Assembly (NCBI GenBank): GCA_964234715.1 | Contig: OZ174282.1 | Strand: one strand, 5' to 3' | Source of the DNA: Podarcis melisellensis | Lineage: Eukaryota | DNA: 64,000 bases | Shown: positions 13,301-26,423 of the stretch, one piece after another | Layout of the letters: the number at the start of each line of letters is the position of its first letter | Numbering within the stretch: the first letter of the stretch is position 1 | Notes under the pieces: model-generated | Database searches by the model: none | Seen by the model: only the letters and a program-made list of their open reading frames with translations | Told to the model about the DNA's origin: nothing | Position numbers and translations under genes: made by a program

Positions 13301-16300
13301 TATAATCAGTACATGAAAGGCTACAGAAGGTGACTCAGCCATGCCCCACTCTTGGTGCCTCTTTTGCAGAAAGAGCCCTCTACACCCTGGAGTGCGCCTT
13401 TCACCCAATGTTCAGCCTCACCAGCGGGACCTGCAGACTGGACTACCGGAGGCCAGAGAACAGGTAAGAGTCCCATTGACAGTGCCAAATGGGAGTTTGC
13501 TTGCTCAGTCAGGACTTCTCACTCTAAAGATAGATTACTTCTTTGCACAAGCCAAGAAAGGAGTTGAACCAGAATGTGCTGCCCTTCATGGCTGATCAAG
13601 CCTGTTTATGCCCTTTTTCATGCCCAGACTGAATTGTTGTTATATTGTTAATCATTAATATTTGCTTTTTTGTTGTGCCTCTCAGAGCCTTCTATCTGGC
13701 TCTGTTCAAGCATATGATTTTCCTAGAGAGGAGAGGTTGTCCTCGCACCGCCCTGGAGTTCTGCAAACTTATTCTGAGGTAACTACTGGTTCTTATAAGG
13801 CAGCTTTAGGCCTCTGGTCTGTCTTTTAGACTGGGTGGGAGGACTGACCAGCACACCCGTCTCCCACCTCTACCCTGAGCAGGGGTGTGTTTACATACTG
13901 AGCCCTTAATTTCTCCAAAAGTTTTTAAGGGGGCAGTTAACTCCCTTATGTAGACATGGAGAAGGGTTGATTAATTTGCTGGTTGGCCTTGACTATTGCT
14001 GGTTGGTTTTGCAATAGACTCACATGGTTTTTAATCTCCCCACCCTTGCATTCCACTCCCATCTCCAAAGCCTTGATCCAGAGAATGACCCGCTGTGCAT
14101 ACTGCTGATAATTGATTTGCTGTCACTACGAGCAAGAGAGTACGCCTTCCTGACACGCATGTTTCAGGAGTGGGAGGTGAGTTGCTAGTGGGTGGCCCTG
14201 GTAGGAAGTGTGCTGAGAACGGAAGAGTCTGGCTGAGTTGCCAGAAGGTCACCCCACCACCTGCAGAAGAATTAGGTGTGAGTCACTCTGGCCACAGCCT
14301 GTGGTGCTTCCGATTCCTCTGGAGCTGGTCGTAACTGCAGCCTGTTCATGAGCAACTCTTATAATGCAATTTACCACTAGAGTTACTGTTGACTTTCCGT
14401 GTTTGGTTTTATGGACTGTTAATGTGTTGCATTTAATTGGTAATTTTCTTTGTGGCCCCATTTAGGGTCAAAAGATGGGATACAAGTTTTTTTAAAAATC
14501 AGCTCAGCTGTCAAGCAGATACTTACATAGCTTCTCTTTTCCCCCCCCTTCCCGCCCCCCACCTTTAGGGTCATCGGAACCTGTCTCAACTCCCAAACTT
14601 TGCCTTCTCGGTCCCTCTGGCATATTTCTTTCTGAGCCAGCAGGAAGACCTCCCAGAGTCGGAGATCAACCAAGCCCACGAAAGAGCTGCCAGCCTCATT
14701 CGGCAGTCACTGGTCATGTTCCCGAATGGTGAGTCTGTCTGTGTCAAATGCTCAAAGATGGGTGTACAGAAGGCCGCAGCTGTGAATAAAGCCCTTCATA
14801 TTCCCTCAGCAGTGGTGGCTCCGGGAGGGCAGTAATGCTAAACCTCAGAGGGGGGTTGGGTTGCTTTAATCAAGATTTCCCGTGACTGGTCGTCTCCTCT
14901 TTGTCCGCGCTTTCCCTTCAAGACACTGTCACGCTTTAGCCAGGAGCAGCACATGGGTCCTGCCTTTCATCATGCTGTGACTGCCTGGTCCCTGGGAGGG
15001 GCCTGCCCAGTTTCCCCTTCCAGCCCCAGGCTCCAAAGGGATATAAGGTCTGCCAAGAGAGCCTTGCATGGCTGAGCAGGGAATGTCTTCTGCTCCAAAC
15101 AAAGGGAGTCCAGTTTGGGCTGCTGACCCATGACAAGGCACACCCTCTCTGCTCCTTCACAGCGACTTCAAACAAAACCCCTTAATAATTAGGGGCCAGA
15201 AAAAAGTTCTGTTGTGTGGTTTTAATGGCACCTCACTCCTTGCAAGTCCATTTCATTCATAACTTTTTTCTGTGGTGGGAAGAATAAAAAAACAAGAGGC
15301 AGAGCAATATTGTGACCCATTTTGAGTACCCGTGCAGTAGCATTTGTGGCGGTTGGAGGTCTTTCCCTCTCATTTCTTTCTCTTCATGCCTCTTCCAGTT
15401 CTTATGCCTTTGTTGGATCGCTGCAGTGTGCAGCCAGATTCCACAGTAGCATCCCATGCATTCTTTGGACTGGACGCCCAGTTGAGGTAAGGCGTGTGTG
15501 AAAATGCTCTTTGCAGTCCAAGAACATGCAAGTCTTACAGGAATGGGGTGAGGCGTTTTGTGGTGTCAGCAGCTGAATCTTCTTATGGAGTACTAACAAG
15601 ATTGGAGGGAGGTTTTTCAGAATACCAAGGGAAGCATCAGAACCAGAGGATTGCATGTCAGCAACGTGAGGTCAAACTGAGAATCGGTTGCTGACAAGGG
15701 TGCTCGTGTTGTCAGTTTCTGGGGCCAATGGCAGTCAGCAGGAGAGCAGAAGCTTCTTCTAATGCTTTCAGCAAGCATCAAGGGATCTCTACAGCAAAGA
15801 GGCCGGGCAAGTTTCTGGTTCAAGACGGTCTAGTCTGTTGTTGCTACAGTGTCGGAGGGGCAGGTTACAGTCTATGGAATGGACATAAGGATGACCTCTG
15901 TGTCTGACCCTTTCCCCCAGGACAAGGGCAGGATAAAAGTGTAATGTGTTGTGCCCTGCTAAAAGTGAAAGTCTTCATCAGCCTTGACGCCTAGTAGTGG
16001 AACTGAGGCCTTCTGCTCTCGTTTCTCTTCCTTTGAGTTGTCCTCAGCAAGTCGACCTCTAAGGCAGCAAAGTGCTTTAAGCTGCCATGTTTAAAGGTGT
16101 CTCTTTTTCCCTCTGCAGTTCGCCCCCTGTGCTGAACCAGCTGGTTGCCCTCTATCTTGGGAGGACCCATTCCCTCTGGAAGGACCCGGCTGTCATGGCC
16201 TGGCTCAAAACGAACGTGCATGAGGTGTTGCGGATGGTGGATGCCAAGGACCCAATGTTGGAGGAGGCTGAGCAGAAGTGAGTCTCTGCACCTGGTCCAG

Positions 16301-19300
16301 GCTGATGGCGGGCAGAATTCATTTCCGCTCTGGCTCCAAGCATTCCCTGCCATATTCTGCTGACTCCTGCACCCTGTTACCCTCCTGTTGAGAGAAGAGA
16401 GCGTTCAACAACCAGAGGGTGGGGGAGAGACATAGCTGGACAGTGGGCTGTGCTTGGTGCCTGCTTAGATGTGCCAGCTAATTTGAGGCTGGTCGGGAAA
16501 GAAACCTTTTTGAAGCTATCAAGAACTGCTACCTGGGCTGACTGAATGCAGCTACTTTTGGGGGATTCTGGCAATCTGTGAGCACCCCTGGGTGCCAATA
16601 TGTTTCTGCAGAGGAGGCCTTTGCTTACGTGTGGCTGGGAAAGAGAGCTCTGAGGGATGCATATAGCAAATTAGAGCCACTTCTCTGAAATATTTTTGGC
16701 CCTTAGGCGAAAGGCAAGGTACCAGAATGCTCCCAGGAATGTCTACCGCCATGTGATCCTCTCGGAGATAAGGGAAGCCACAGCAGCATTGCCTCCGGTG
16801 AGAGAATGGATGAGGCAGCAGCATAGCTGCACCTCACAAACCTATTTTTATGGGGGTATCTCTTCCTTCTTCTGATTCTGCTCAATATGTCCTTTCTGGG
16901 CTCCCATATCACAGTTATCTGGGCATAAGGAGCTGGCTGGCATTGAGCTGCCAATGGCCCATCCTGTACAGTGTTGTTAGCTGGAGAGCAGAGGCTTCCC
17001 CCAACACTGTTGCGTGATACCATTTAATGGGAATGTCTGGGACCTTCTGCATGGCAAGTGTGCACTGTGCCTCTCGTCAGTAAAGGAAGCTTAACAGCTC
17101 TGCTGCCAGGTGGGCCCCTCCCACCCACAAGAGGCCTTGCTAGCCATCCCAGGGCTGCACCTGCCACCACCTTGAGAGCAGCCATATTTCTTCTTTCACA
17201 GTTCTCCCACCTTTACAAAGTCCTCTTCTCCTTTTGTCTAATATTTCTAGATTGTTAGCCTACAGGCAGGAACCCGTTTTTGTTTTTGTTTTGATTGTTT
17301 GTTTGTTTGTGCAGCACCTAGTGCATATTTGGCACTTTATAAGTAATCCAGTAGGAAGCAGCAAAGGGAGGGAAGCGAAGCAGGGCCACTCCATCGGCTC
17401 TGCCCAGAGATCAGCTACATCAGGCACCTCTCCCTGAACTGTTTCCACTCAAGCTTGCCATTGTGGGAACAAATATTTTAATTTTAAGAAGGGATGCCTG
17501 AATTTGCTTTTCTTTTCCCTTTGGGGACGTGTATTTTAGATCGTAAGCCTACTGACAAGGATTGTCTTGTTAGTTACTGCTCTTCTGTAAGAGCCTGTAG
17601 GAGCCTATTTGCTGAAAAGCAGGGTAAAAAAATGCTACAACTAAATACAAAGATGGTGATGAGTTCTGACCTGGATTCAATTTCCCTCCCTCTCTCAAGG
17701 AAGTGACCTCCCAGCCGATAATGGGGTTTGACCCCCTGCCACCTCTGGACTCCATTGTTTCGTACACAAGGCCAGAAAGGTACCACCTGTTGCTGCTTCC
17801 CGCATACCTCCATCCAATTCAGTAGCTTGGATATTTACTTAGGTCTGTGTCAGCCTGGGGTAGACAAAAAAACCCAGAAAGGACCAGAAGTGGTCCAGTT
17901 CTCTGAATCTTTTAAACATGCATTGTGTTTACGAGTTTTTATACAGGCAGTGGAAGCTGGTCCATTAGGGCAAATGGGGCACTGCTCCACCAATCTCAGT
18001 CTTCCCTGAAGGCCCTGCGTCCCTCAGTAATCTCCCCCGTTTACTTACAACCAGCCCAGCAGGTATTACTGCCTGTCAGCTTCTTCCTCCTCAGCCTCAA
18101 TGCTGCCCTTGTAGAACTCAGCAAGGAGAAGGATGGGGACAAAACTAGAAAGCTAGAATTAGTTGGCTCCACCTCTCACTTAACTCTGGCTCCTCTTGGT
18201 CTCCCTGCTTTCTAGTCCCAATGGACACCAGTCAGCTGCCTTATTCTAGGCCAGCCTACCTGCCCATCGTGCTCATTATTGTCTTCTCTGAGTAGCAGAG
18301 GTGCTCTGGGGAATCAGGTAGAGAATGTTCTTTCCCATTGCCTCCTATTGGAGATAACAGGGATGGAACCTGGGACCTTTTGCCTGCAGAGTAAATGCTT
18401 TGCTCATAAGCTGTGGTCCATCTCTTCCTCAGTGCATCAAAGACCCACCCACCCTTCCCCATGTCACTTTGTTCTTCCCATGAAGTGGGCCAAATATTTA
18501 TTCTTTTTACATTGCCTTTTGTATCCCATCGTTCCTCCAAGCAGTTCAGAGGACATAAAATCTGCCCCTTGCCCCTGTGATTGGTCGAGGTTTACCCAGT
18601 GAGTTTCATAGTTGAGTGGGGATTGGAACCAGAGTCTTAGCTTAGTCCAGCACTAAGATCTGTTACACCAGACTGTCTTTCTGGATAGTAGTCCAAAATT
18701 GCACGCTCCCTGGATCATGAAGTGCCATGACGTGCCCTCTCTCCTAGGAAAGAGGAGGAGGTCCATTTGTGACCAGACTTTCTCTTTTTTTTCCAGGGCA
18801 ACCCATCCAGCCAATGAAAGCACTTTATCTCTCTTCTTTCGCTCACTCTTGCCAAACTTCAACTTGCAGGTATGTTGAGTGTGAAATGACTGGCCAAGGT
18901 AAGGCAGATATGCAGGTGGTTGCATGCTTCTGAGTACTAGGTGCTGGGAACGGCAGGAGGGGAGAGTGCTCTTGCACTTGAGTCCTGCCTGCAGGTTTCC
19001 CATAATGGGCACCAAGTTGGCAACTGTGAGAACAGGAGGCTGGACTAGATGGCCCCCCTTTTGCTTGATCCAACTCTCATCAGCCCCATCTAGTATGCTT
19101 CTACAATCCAGTCTGCCAGGTTCTTCCCCCGAGAAGACTGGAGTGTCCAGGCCTTCCTCCCTAAGTGTATAAGGAGCAGAAGAGATGGAGAATTTGCAGC
19201 AAAGAGACTGAGATGAGCTTCTTTCTAGCATTTCTTCTGAGGACCCCAAAGACTGGGCTGGTTCTCCTTCAGTGCCCAGCACCTCTTCCAGTCAAACTGC

Positions 19301-19499
19301 CTTGTATAACTCCTTGCCCTGTGCTGTGTTTCAGGGAGAAGTCAGAGCCGGTGGAGAGGAAGAGCCGGGTGCAGGACAGAATCTGAACCAAGGTGTGAAC
19401 AGACTGATGGCAGCCATGCGGGACATGCTGGCAAATATCCAGTTCCAGGAGCCACCACGGGACGACAACCCCGAGGGGGATGGGGGAGAGTGGGACTAG
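934..19499 (+). CDS. TCF25: Transcription factor 25 / ribosome quality-control factor (Rqc1 homologue, NULP1), 18 coding exons, 688 aa
   Basis: Exons: 934-1152, 2646-2795, 3220-3294, 3703-3836, 6328-6393, 8092-8174, 8974-9104, 11981-12080, 13370-13463, 13686-13778, 14071-14176, 14569-14728, 15399-15486, 16119-16277, 16707-16797, 17700-17779, 18797-18869, 19335-19499 (2067 nt, phases consistent). Peptides [98 protein letters not shown] and the C-terminal GEWD match recalled vertebrate TCF25. Intron 2 needs a GC donor. Confidence 0.95.
1562..1911 (-). mobile_element. Full-length Sauria-type SINE (Squam1/POM-like) in TCF25 intron 1
   Basis: Minus strand reads GGGACACGGGTGGCACTGTGAGTTAAACC...GTTCGAATCCCC (tRNA-derived A/B boxes) and ends in an ACCTTT tail; target-site duplication GCTGTCATA at 1553-1561 and 1914-1922. 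Confidence 0.88.
7800..7970 (+). mobile_element. Retroposon 3' end (L2-like) with (TAA)n/(TTA)n tail
   Basis: GGAAGCTGCTCAGAGTGGCTGGGGAAACCCATCCAGATGGGTGGGGTATAAATAATAA tail typical of lizard LINE/SINE 3' ends; family assignment uncertain. Confidence 0.45.
10277..10510 (-). mobile_element. CR1 LINE 3' fragment
   Basis: GAATCATAAGAGTTGG...GGTCATCTAGTCCA...GCAATGCAGGAATCTCAGCTAAAGCA...GAAGGAGAGTCCAC; clearly homologous to the copy at 32140-32745. Confidence 0.75.
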
Positions 19500-19554
19500 G
19501 CCCTTGCACCCCAAAACTTCCTTTCTGCCCCTTCTGTAACTTCCCTTGCCACAA

Positions 19555-19560
19555 AATAAA
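19555..19560 (+). terminator. Candidate polyadenylation signal of TCF25
   Basis: AATAAA 56 nt after the TCF25 stop codon. Confidence 0.5.
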
Positions 19561-20751
19561 CAATCATAAGCCAGAGGGGTAGAGTGTCTCCGTGCCTTAA
19601 ACATGCACACACCAGGAAAAAAGGGCATGGTTATCATCTTGGCACAACTGATAGGGCAGAAATGGCCCTTTGCTCTGAAAGCTGCACACAGTTGCTTTCA
19701 TGAGATCCAGGTTTCGCTAACATGCAACTGTCCTGCCTAAGGAGAGGAGCTGCAAGCAGTAGGCTGGGGAGGCACACATGCCCCCATTTCAATTCCTTTC
19801 ACAGATAGATTTATTGTGTCAATTGCCTTCCTTTTCTCAGTGGCTCCTGCCAGTGAAACCACATAGGCTAGAGCACCAGCCTTCAACTATTGGATCAAGA
19901 CCCACTACCAGGTCATGGCCTGATCCAAGGTGGGATAGTGCAACAGTAGCAGCAACACCACCATATAACTATATGGGGGGGGGATGTGTTACCAAATGCA
20001 TGTTCTGGTTAAAGACGAATCCTGGATTTGGAAAGGTTGAAGACCATGGGGCTAGTGTTTTAAAGTCACTTGGAGGTGTTCTGCTAATCAGAAAGGCTCT
20101 TTAGTGCAATTCAGATATGCTTTGTGGGAGGGAGGATATAGAAATTCTGTGTCAGTGACTTGCTCTATCAAAGTAAGCAAGATATAGAAGATCTGTGTCT
20201 CCTCATGTTGTTATTCAAGGTTTAAAAATAGCTGCCTGGAGCAAACTTGATGTTGGGGGAGGAAGTGTTTAAACTTTTTCACTCCCTGACCTTTTTCATG
20301 AATGTATTGTCCACTCCAGAGCTGTTATTAGTTCCTTTGGGAAAAGACGGGTACCCAGATTGTAGCTGTCTTGTTTCCCCACTACATGACACCCCAAGTT
20401 TATTAATAAGTGTATTTGTCAGGGGGAAGGAGAGGATTGTGAAAATGGGGGCGGGTTAGGCCTTCCTCAAGCACTGTGCCCTTGATCCAATGTGTCCTCA
20501 TGCCTGCTCTTAACATGCTTTTGGGACATCTGCTGACATCTTTTGTCATTTGGCTCTTTCTGGGCACCTGTGCTTGTGGCCTGTGGGATTGGCAGAAGGG
20601 ATGTTAGCACCCTAGTCTCTTACTCTGTTCCTGCCTTTAAAGTGTACATCACAAATCAGCTGGATAGTGCAATTTACACGAGCAGGAGTGGCTGCCATGC
20701 TCTGAGTTTGACCAAATAATACAAGATTCTACTGAAAATAATGAGGATAAA

Positions 20752-20752
20752 G

Positions 20753-20790
<38 letters not shown>
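20752..20790. repeat. Compound (GTT)3(GCT)10 microsatellite
   Basis: Seen directly. Confidence 0.95.
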
Positions 20791-20794
<4 letters not shown>

Positions 20795-23077
20795 CTACCC
20801 TCAGAGAATGTCCACAGACTTGCCCTGGAGCTTAATCAGTGTGAGCTCCTCAATATTTTCCTGCAGCAGAGTAGGTGACTGGCAGCCCCCTCTAGTGTGT
20901 GCAAACCCCAAGTCTCTTCTTTCTTCAAGGGACCAGCACCTACAGTCCCACCCAAACGTTACTCTGGAGCTATTCTGCATTATTTCTGCTCCCCTAGTAG
21001 TTGTAGCAGAAGCAAAAGTGTCTGCTGCATTCTGACTGAGTTCTGCTGTGGCAACCAAACCTTCCAGCAGGCTGGCCTCTGCACTGGGCATGCTTGACTA
21101 TTGGCCCTGGCTTTGCAGCCTTGGATCTGACGCCTCCTGAGTGGGAGCGGCAGGGGGTGGGACTGTGTTTTGCCTGCCTCTCTTGGCATCAAGGCAGACA
21201 TGGTGCATCTGCTCCTCTCTTCACACTTTGAAGTGCTGCCTCTGGCTTGACTCTCAAAGGCCTCATTGATAAAGCTGTAAATAGAACTCTTGGCCGGTTG
21301 CTGGCTTAGAGGCATGAAGACATCCGCCAAAAAGAGGATGGTTATAAAACGTATTTTCTCTCCCGGCTCAGCCACCAGGCTCTGCTCCCAGCCAGGCAAC
21401 CTATGCCAGTGTTTTAGGGCTGCACCAAGTGGTTGATTAGCTGATTAAAAACATTTTGATTGACTGAAAACATGGCACCTGATTAATTAGGCAAAGCATT
21501 TTTTAAATGTTAATTATTCATGATAAATATACTTCTTTTCATTGCAGACATTCAGAGGTTGGTTTTCAGTATGACTCATTCTGGAGTGCCTGGCAGATAC
21601 CCTCTCTATTTAAGAGCACATCAAGCCCCTGCTATGAATAGTGACTTCAGGAGGGGGGGGGCTGACACTGGAAGGGCGAGAGCAATGAAATGACTCTAAC
21701 TGGCAGCTGCAGCCTCTTTGGTTTGGGGAAGAATTGGGATCAGAATGCTCTTGCATCAACATTTCATTTGGCTTGGCCTTTTGTGGGCTGATAGAGGAGG
21801 TTAGCTTGGACTGTTTAATTGGAACTTGGGAGCTGGTCTAGTGTGCCACTGCTTTGTTAGTGTGTGTAGGGGGAGGTGAGTTACAGAGCAGGCCATGTTT
21901 ATGGGGATATAGTGTCTACAGTTTCCAAAGGGCAGGACACCATCCTCACGCCTCAACCAACTGAACCCATGGGAGTCCAAGGGTCTGCTTAAATTGCAGC
22001 TGTTTCTTACACACACCTCACATGCCTGGTGAGGGATTCTCCTTGCAAAGACTGAAAACAAGAAGTGGAAGGAGCATAAAACCTCCCATTCTGTCTTTAT
22101 TCTACTCTTCCGCCTTGCACAGGACTGGAGTAGTTTGGTTAGTGCTACAGCTTGATCCAGATGGTTGCGCTCACATTTTCAGAGGGACAGTGACTGTTGC
22201 TGCTGCTTTGTCCCTGTGTGCTCTGCTTCAACCTGGGATCATTTTCATGTATGCTGGGCAGCTTCTCTCTCTGGAAGAATACCAGCTTGTCAGGGGAGAA
22301 TATCAACTGGGACTGTGATACAGGGGTGAAAGTGTTAAACCCCCTTCCCTGTGTGCTGCAATCCTGATCCTCTTATTATAAAATACCTCTTCAGTGTTCC
22401 CCATGCATTTAATGTCTGCAGCTGGTTCTCTGAATTAGCATCTTAAGAACATCACCACATACTTTGGGCAGGCTAAAAATGCTTCTGCCCTAATTCAAAA
22501 CCCAGAGTCTTTAAAGGAAACTACCCCACTCACCCTGGAATGCTGCAGCTTCTCTCCAGTATGAAGTGGTTAGCAGAATAGGGGTCAGCATGAGCTGGGA
22601 TCTCTCTGGAAATGGGATGTTAGAGCAGATGGGACATTCGTCTGAGCCAGCAGGAGTATATGATTGCTTGCTTACTTCCCCACCCTTTACTCTAAAGTCC
22701 ATGGGCAAGTTGAAACACTTCAAAATGGCAGATACACTCTAAGGATCAGCTTGTCTATTAATTGTCCACAAAATATGAAATGACTTCAAGTTATTCTCAA
22801 GCCATTTTTACACGAAAGCATGTGTTTTGCATGAATAGGTAAAAAATGGAGTTTGTTGTCCAAGTAGTTCCCACCTGGTTTCTGTTTTCCCATCATGGGG
22901 GCTGTCACAAGGGTTTGCCTGTTCTTGTACCGAAAGTTCACCCATATTTATTAAAGAGGAAAACCTGCCCCATACCTTAGGAATATAAGAAGAGTCTACT
23001 GGAATGGCTCATCTTATCAGCATCCTGCTCTCACCCTGGCTATCCAGATACCGGGGGTGGGGGTGGGGAGTGGGGAG

Positions 23078-23268
23078 TAAAGGTAAAGGACCCCTGGATA
23101 GTTAAGTCCAGTCAAAGGCAACTATGGGGTTGTGGTACTCATCTCGCTTTCCAGGAGCTGCGACAGAGCAACGGGAACTCACCCCATCGCGAGGATTCAA
23201 ACCACCGACCTTCTGAACGGCAAGCCGAAGAGGCTCAGTGGTGTAGATCACTGCACCACCCACGTCCC
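23078..23268 (-). mobile_element. Internally deleted Sauria-type SINE
   Basis: Same head (GGGACGTGGGTGG) and ACCTTT tail as 1562-1911, but ~160 nt of the body is missing (junction near 23150). Confidence 0.8.
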
Positions 23269-23437
23269 TACCAGAGGGAAACCCACAAGCAGGACATGAG
23301 TTCAACAGTCTCAGCTCCCTGGTGGTTCCCAGTGAGTGGTATTCAGAGGCCTACCACCTCCAAGATGGGAGGTAACACACAGCCATCATGACTAGTAGCC
23401 ATAGATAGTCTTATCCTCCATGAACTTGTCTAGCTCT

Positions 23438-23713
23438 CAGGGCCATCCCCGGATGTTTTGCCGCCAGAGGCAAAAGAGAAAACACTGCCCTGTCACCACC
23501 TCTTCCTCTGTTGCCCACCCACTGCTGTGCACCCACACGACATCACATGTCTGCCTACTGCCACCTGCCAGCCACTGGGCAGTACACAGGCACACAGAGG
23601 AAGAGGCTGACAAGTGCAGGGAAAGCTCCATGGAGTAAATCAGCCGCTCTCCCAGCTTTCTGGAACCTGCCACCCTGAGGGAACTGCCTCACCTCATGGG
23701 TGGGCCAGCCCTG
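23438..23713. mobile_element. Non-autonomous hAT-type MITE
   Basis: Termini CAGGGCCATCCC ... GGGCCAGCCCTG (imperfect TIR); degenerate 8-bp TSD CTAGCTCT / CTAACTCC. Confidence 0.6.
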
Positions 23714-24853
23714 CTAACTCCAGGTTGGTGGCCATCATTACATCTTGCGATAGCCCTTGTATCTACAGGTGAAGGGTGGTATGCAAATTTAGTACATAAT
23801 AAATACATAAATAAATAAATACAGCAAATTCCAGACTTTAACCACAGTAAGCGCTGGGTGGATAAGTATTTTCTTTGTCTGCACGGAATCCTCCAACACT
23901 GAGCTTCGTTCAACGGACCGGTATTATAAGAAAAGGATAAATACTTCTCTCTATCAACATTTTAAACGCTTCTCTTCTGTCCTCCCTTACTCGCCTTGTG
24001 TCTAAACTAAAAACCTCCAACTGTTGTAAAGGTAACTGGAAAAAAAGTGATCTTGAACATAGTCACTGATTTTGTTTTGAGCAAATGAAATAAATATGAC
24101 CCCTTTAGGGTCATAAATTCTCTGTCTTGCAAAACAAAGAGCCCATCTTTTGCTAGCGAGGAGAAGCAGGCCCCTCTTCATGATGTACCACGCTGCTTTG
24201 AATTACGTAGGCAGTATCTTGTGAAATCAGCCAGTGAAACATGCAATGCTCTCTCCACAGAGTGAGTTGTTTGTGTCTCGCACGGCATGTCACGCAAATA
24301 GTTGCATAAGAAGTCACACTTGTATGTCAGACTGTGCTGCTTACAGGGCGAGCTTGACTGCCTTTTGCATGCTCTGCCCTACTAGGAATTGCTAACCCAG
24401 AGCTGGGGGAAACGGGACCAAGGCAAGGAAGTATTAGCATGCACAAATGTTGTAGTGTCATGGAAATGTGATGCTTGTGCATTGTCTAATAGGTGAAATG
24501 AGGAAAGTTCTGAAATGGAACTTATTTGGGCTGAGTCAGAGCCAGGTTTCGCATTTGCCTCTGAGTGGCCACTTTGAGAATGGGATGCTGGGCTGGATTG
24601 CTTAATCTATCAGACTCATTTTACATTCTTGCATCAACAGTTTTAGGGAACTTACTGGACTCTGAAGCTTTGATTTGGAGGGAACTGTATAATCCTATGT
24701 TTTAAGATTTTCAGGAGAGGCCATTCTTTCTGCCCTGCCAATATCTGTAGCATGTCTGGCAGAACTTAAGGCAGGGCTTTCCAAGTGGCTTCCCCCAAAC
24801 TCTAGAGTTCCTTGCAAGGGAGGCCCATGTAGCCTCTGATTACCTTCTGTCAG

Positions 24854-25056
24854 TAGGAAGAACATAGGAAGTTGCCTTCTGCTGAGCCAGACCCTTGGCC
24901 CCTCTAGCCTAGTATAGTCTGCACTCTGGCTGGCAACAGCTCTCCAGGGTTTCATGCAAAGGACCTTCCCAGTTCAGCTACCTGGAGATACTGTCAAGGA
25001 TTGAACCTGGGACCTTCAGCACACAAAGCAGATGCTCCACCACTGACCTATGACCC
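24854..25056 (-). mobile_element. tRNA-headed SINE with CR1-like tail
   Basis: Reverse complement of the family seen at 47949-48140 and 62345-62545 (TCAGTGG...AGCATCTGCTT...CCAGGTTCAATCC head; CTTCCTATGTTC tail). Confidence 0.65.
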
Positions 25057-25676
25057 TCTCCTAAAGGAGAATATTTTTAGTCAGATGAGGCTCCAAGTAG
25101 CTCCTCTTGTTTTATGCCCACTGCAGTGCTGCTATGTGTTCTACTGGCTGTTGTTGTTTGTATTGGTTGCACAGGAAAGTTGCCATTCCTCTAAATTCCT
25201 CAAGGCAGACACTTTTTGCCAGACCATATTCACAGAGTAAAGTTTGCACTGGCTGCCCATATGCTACTTGGCCAGGTCAGGCCAATGAGAGATCAGGTGG
25301 TCGCTGAGATATCCTGTACCCAAGTTGTTAAAGGGCCTTCAAAATAAGAACAATGAACCTGGCTGGGTAGCATATGGGCAACCAGCACAAGCTTTCCATC
25401 GCTAGTCTTATGTGCTAGCAATAGTCTGTCCCAATCAACAGTCTAGCAGCTGCATTTTGCATAAGCTGGAGCCTCCAGACCAGAGCATTGCAATAACTGA
25501 GTCTTGTCAATCAAGCTGGGCAATTTCCTCCAGTAGAAGTTGGTGGGGAATCTTCTGCAGCAGGGGGAAAAACCCGGAGTGTGTCAAACATGGGTGAAGC
25601 CATATTTGGGAAAACTTGACTTTTCTTCCGCCTATATGCAACCCTTCTCCTTTGTACTTGCATAAATGTAAGTTGA

Positions 25677-25856
25677 AGACGTCACTGAGATGGTGAGTAA
25701 TGCTTCACTGCTGGACCCCCTTTTGCTTGGCATGGGGAGGGGGGCATCATGCCACCAGGATGTTAATGAAGAGGAAAACTCAGCCAGGCTTTAAGGGCAG
25801 TTTCATAAGTTCTCCCTGCCATTCAGCGCCCTCGCCTCCTGGGCTGTTATCATGTG
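25677..25856 (+). promoter_or_regulatory. Candidate MC1R upstream elements: CRE-like AGACGTCA (25677-25684) and MITF M-box core TCATGTG (25850-25856)
   Basis: Motif matches 570-750 nt upstream of the MC1R ATG. MITF and cAMP regulation of MC1R is known in mammals. Both motifs are short and could be chance. Confidence 0.35.
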
Positions 25857-26423
25857 GATCACCCTCCGCCCCTCTGCTGATGGGAAAGCTGGGAATATTC
25901 CTTTAAAAGTAAGGGAGATAAAGGGTTCTTTCTTTGCTGTGAACTCCTGCTAATCAGTTTACTTTGGGGAAGAGGCAAATCAAGCAACGGCACCCTTGGA
26001 AGGGAAATAGGACTTGGGAATTCAGAGCCGGGAGAGGCGGAAAGAAACTGGCAAGTTCTCCCCTTTTCTTTTTCTGGGACCCAAAGGAAGAAACCAGGAA
26101 CAGGAGAGCAGAACCCAAGAAGACACGGGTGTTGGGCTCTCCAGCGTATTGTGCCAAAGAAGGGTCACTGGAAGCGTGTTGCTGACTTTGCCACCCCAAA
26201 ACTTTGTGTGGAGCATGTCTGGTCTCACAGCTCTGTTCTGAGACATCTATCCATCTATTCCCTTGGAGGAAGAGTGGCCACAGAAGTTTCTTTCAGGTTC
26301 CACAGCCTACAGGTGAGTTCCCGGACCATGCTAACTATATACTTCTCCCCCAAGAGAAAACTCTGTTGCAAAATCCTGCGGGTTTCCTTTGTCTTTCTGT
26401 AGCATTCCCACCAAGGTGCCACC

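Larger units (their letters stand above)
22980..24030 (-). mobile_element. CR1 3' fragment hosting two nested insertions
   Basis: GAATATAAGAAGAGTC...CAGCATCCTG...CCACAAGCAGGAC...TTATCCTCCATGAACTTGTCTA...GGTTGGTGGCCATCA; interrupted at 23078-23268 and 23438-23713. Confidence 0.6.
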
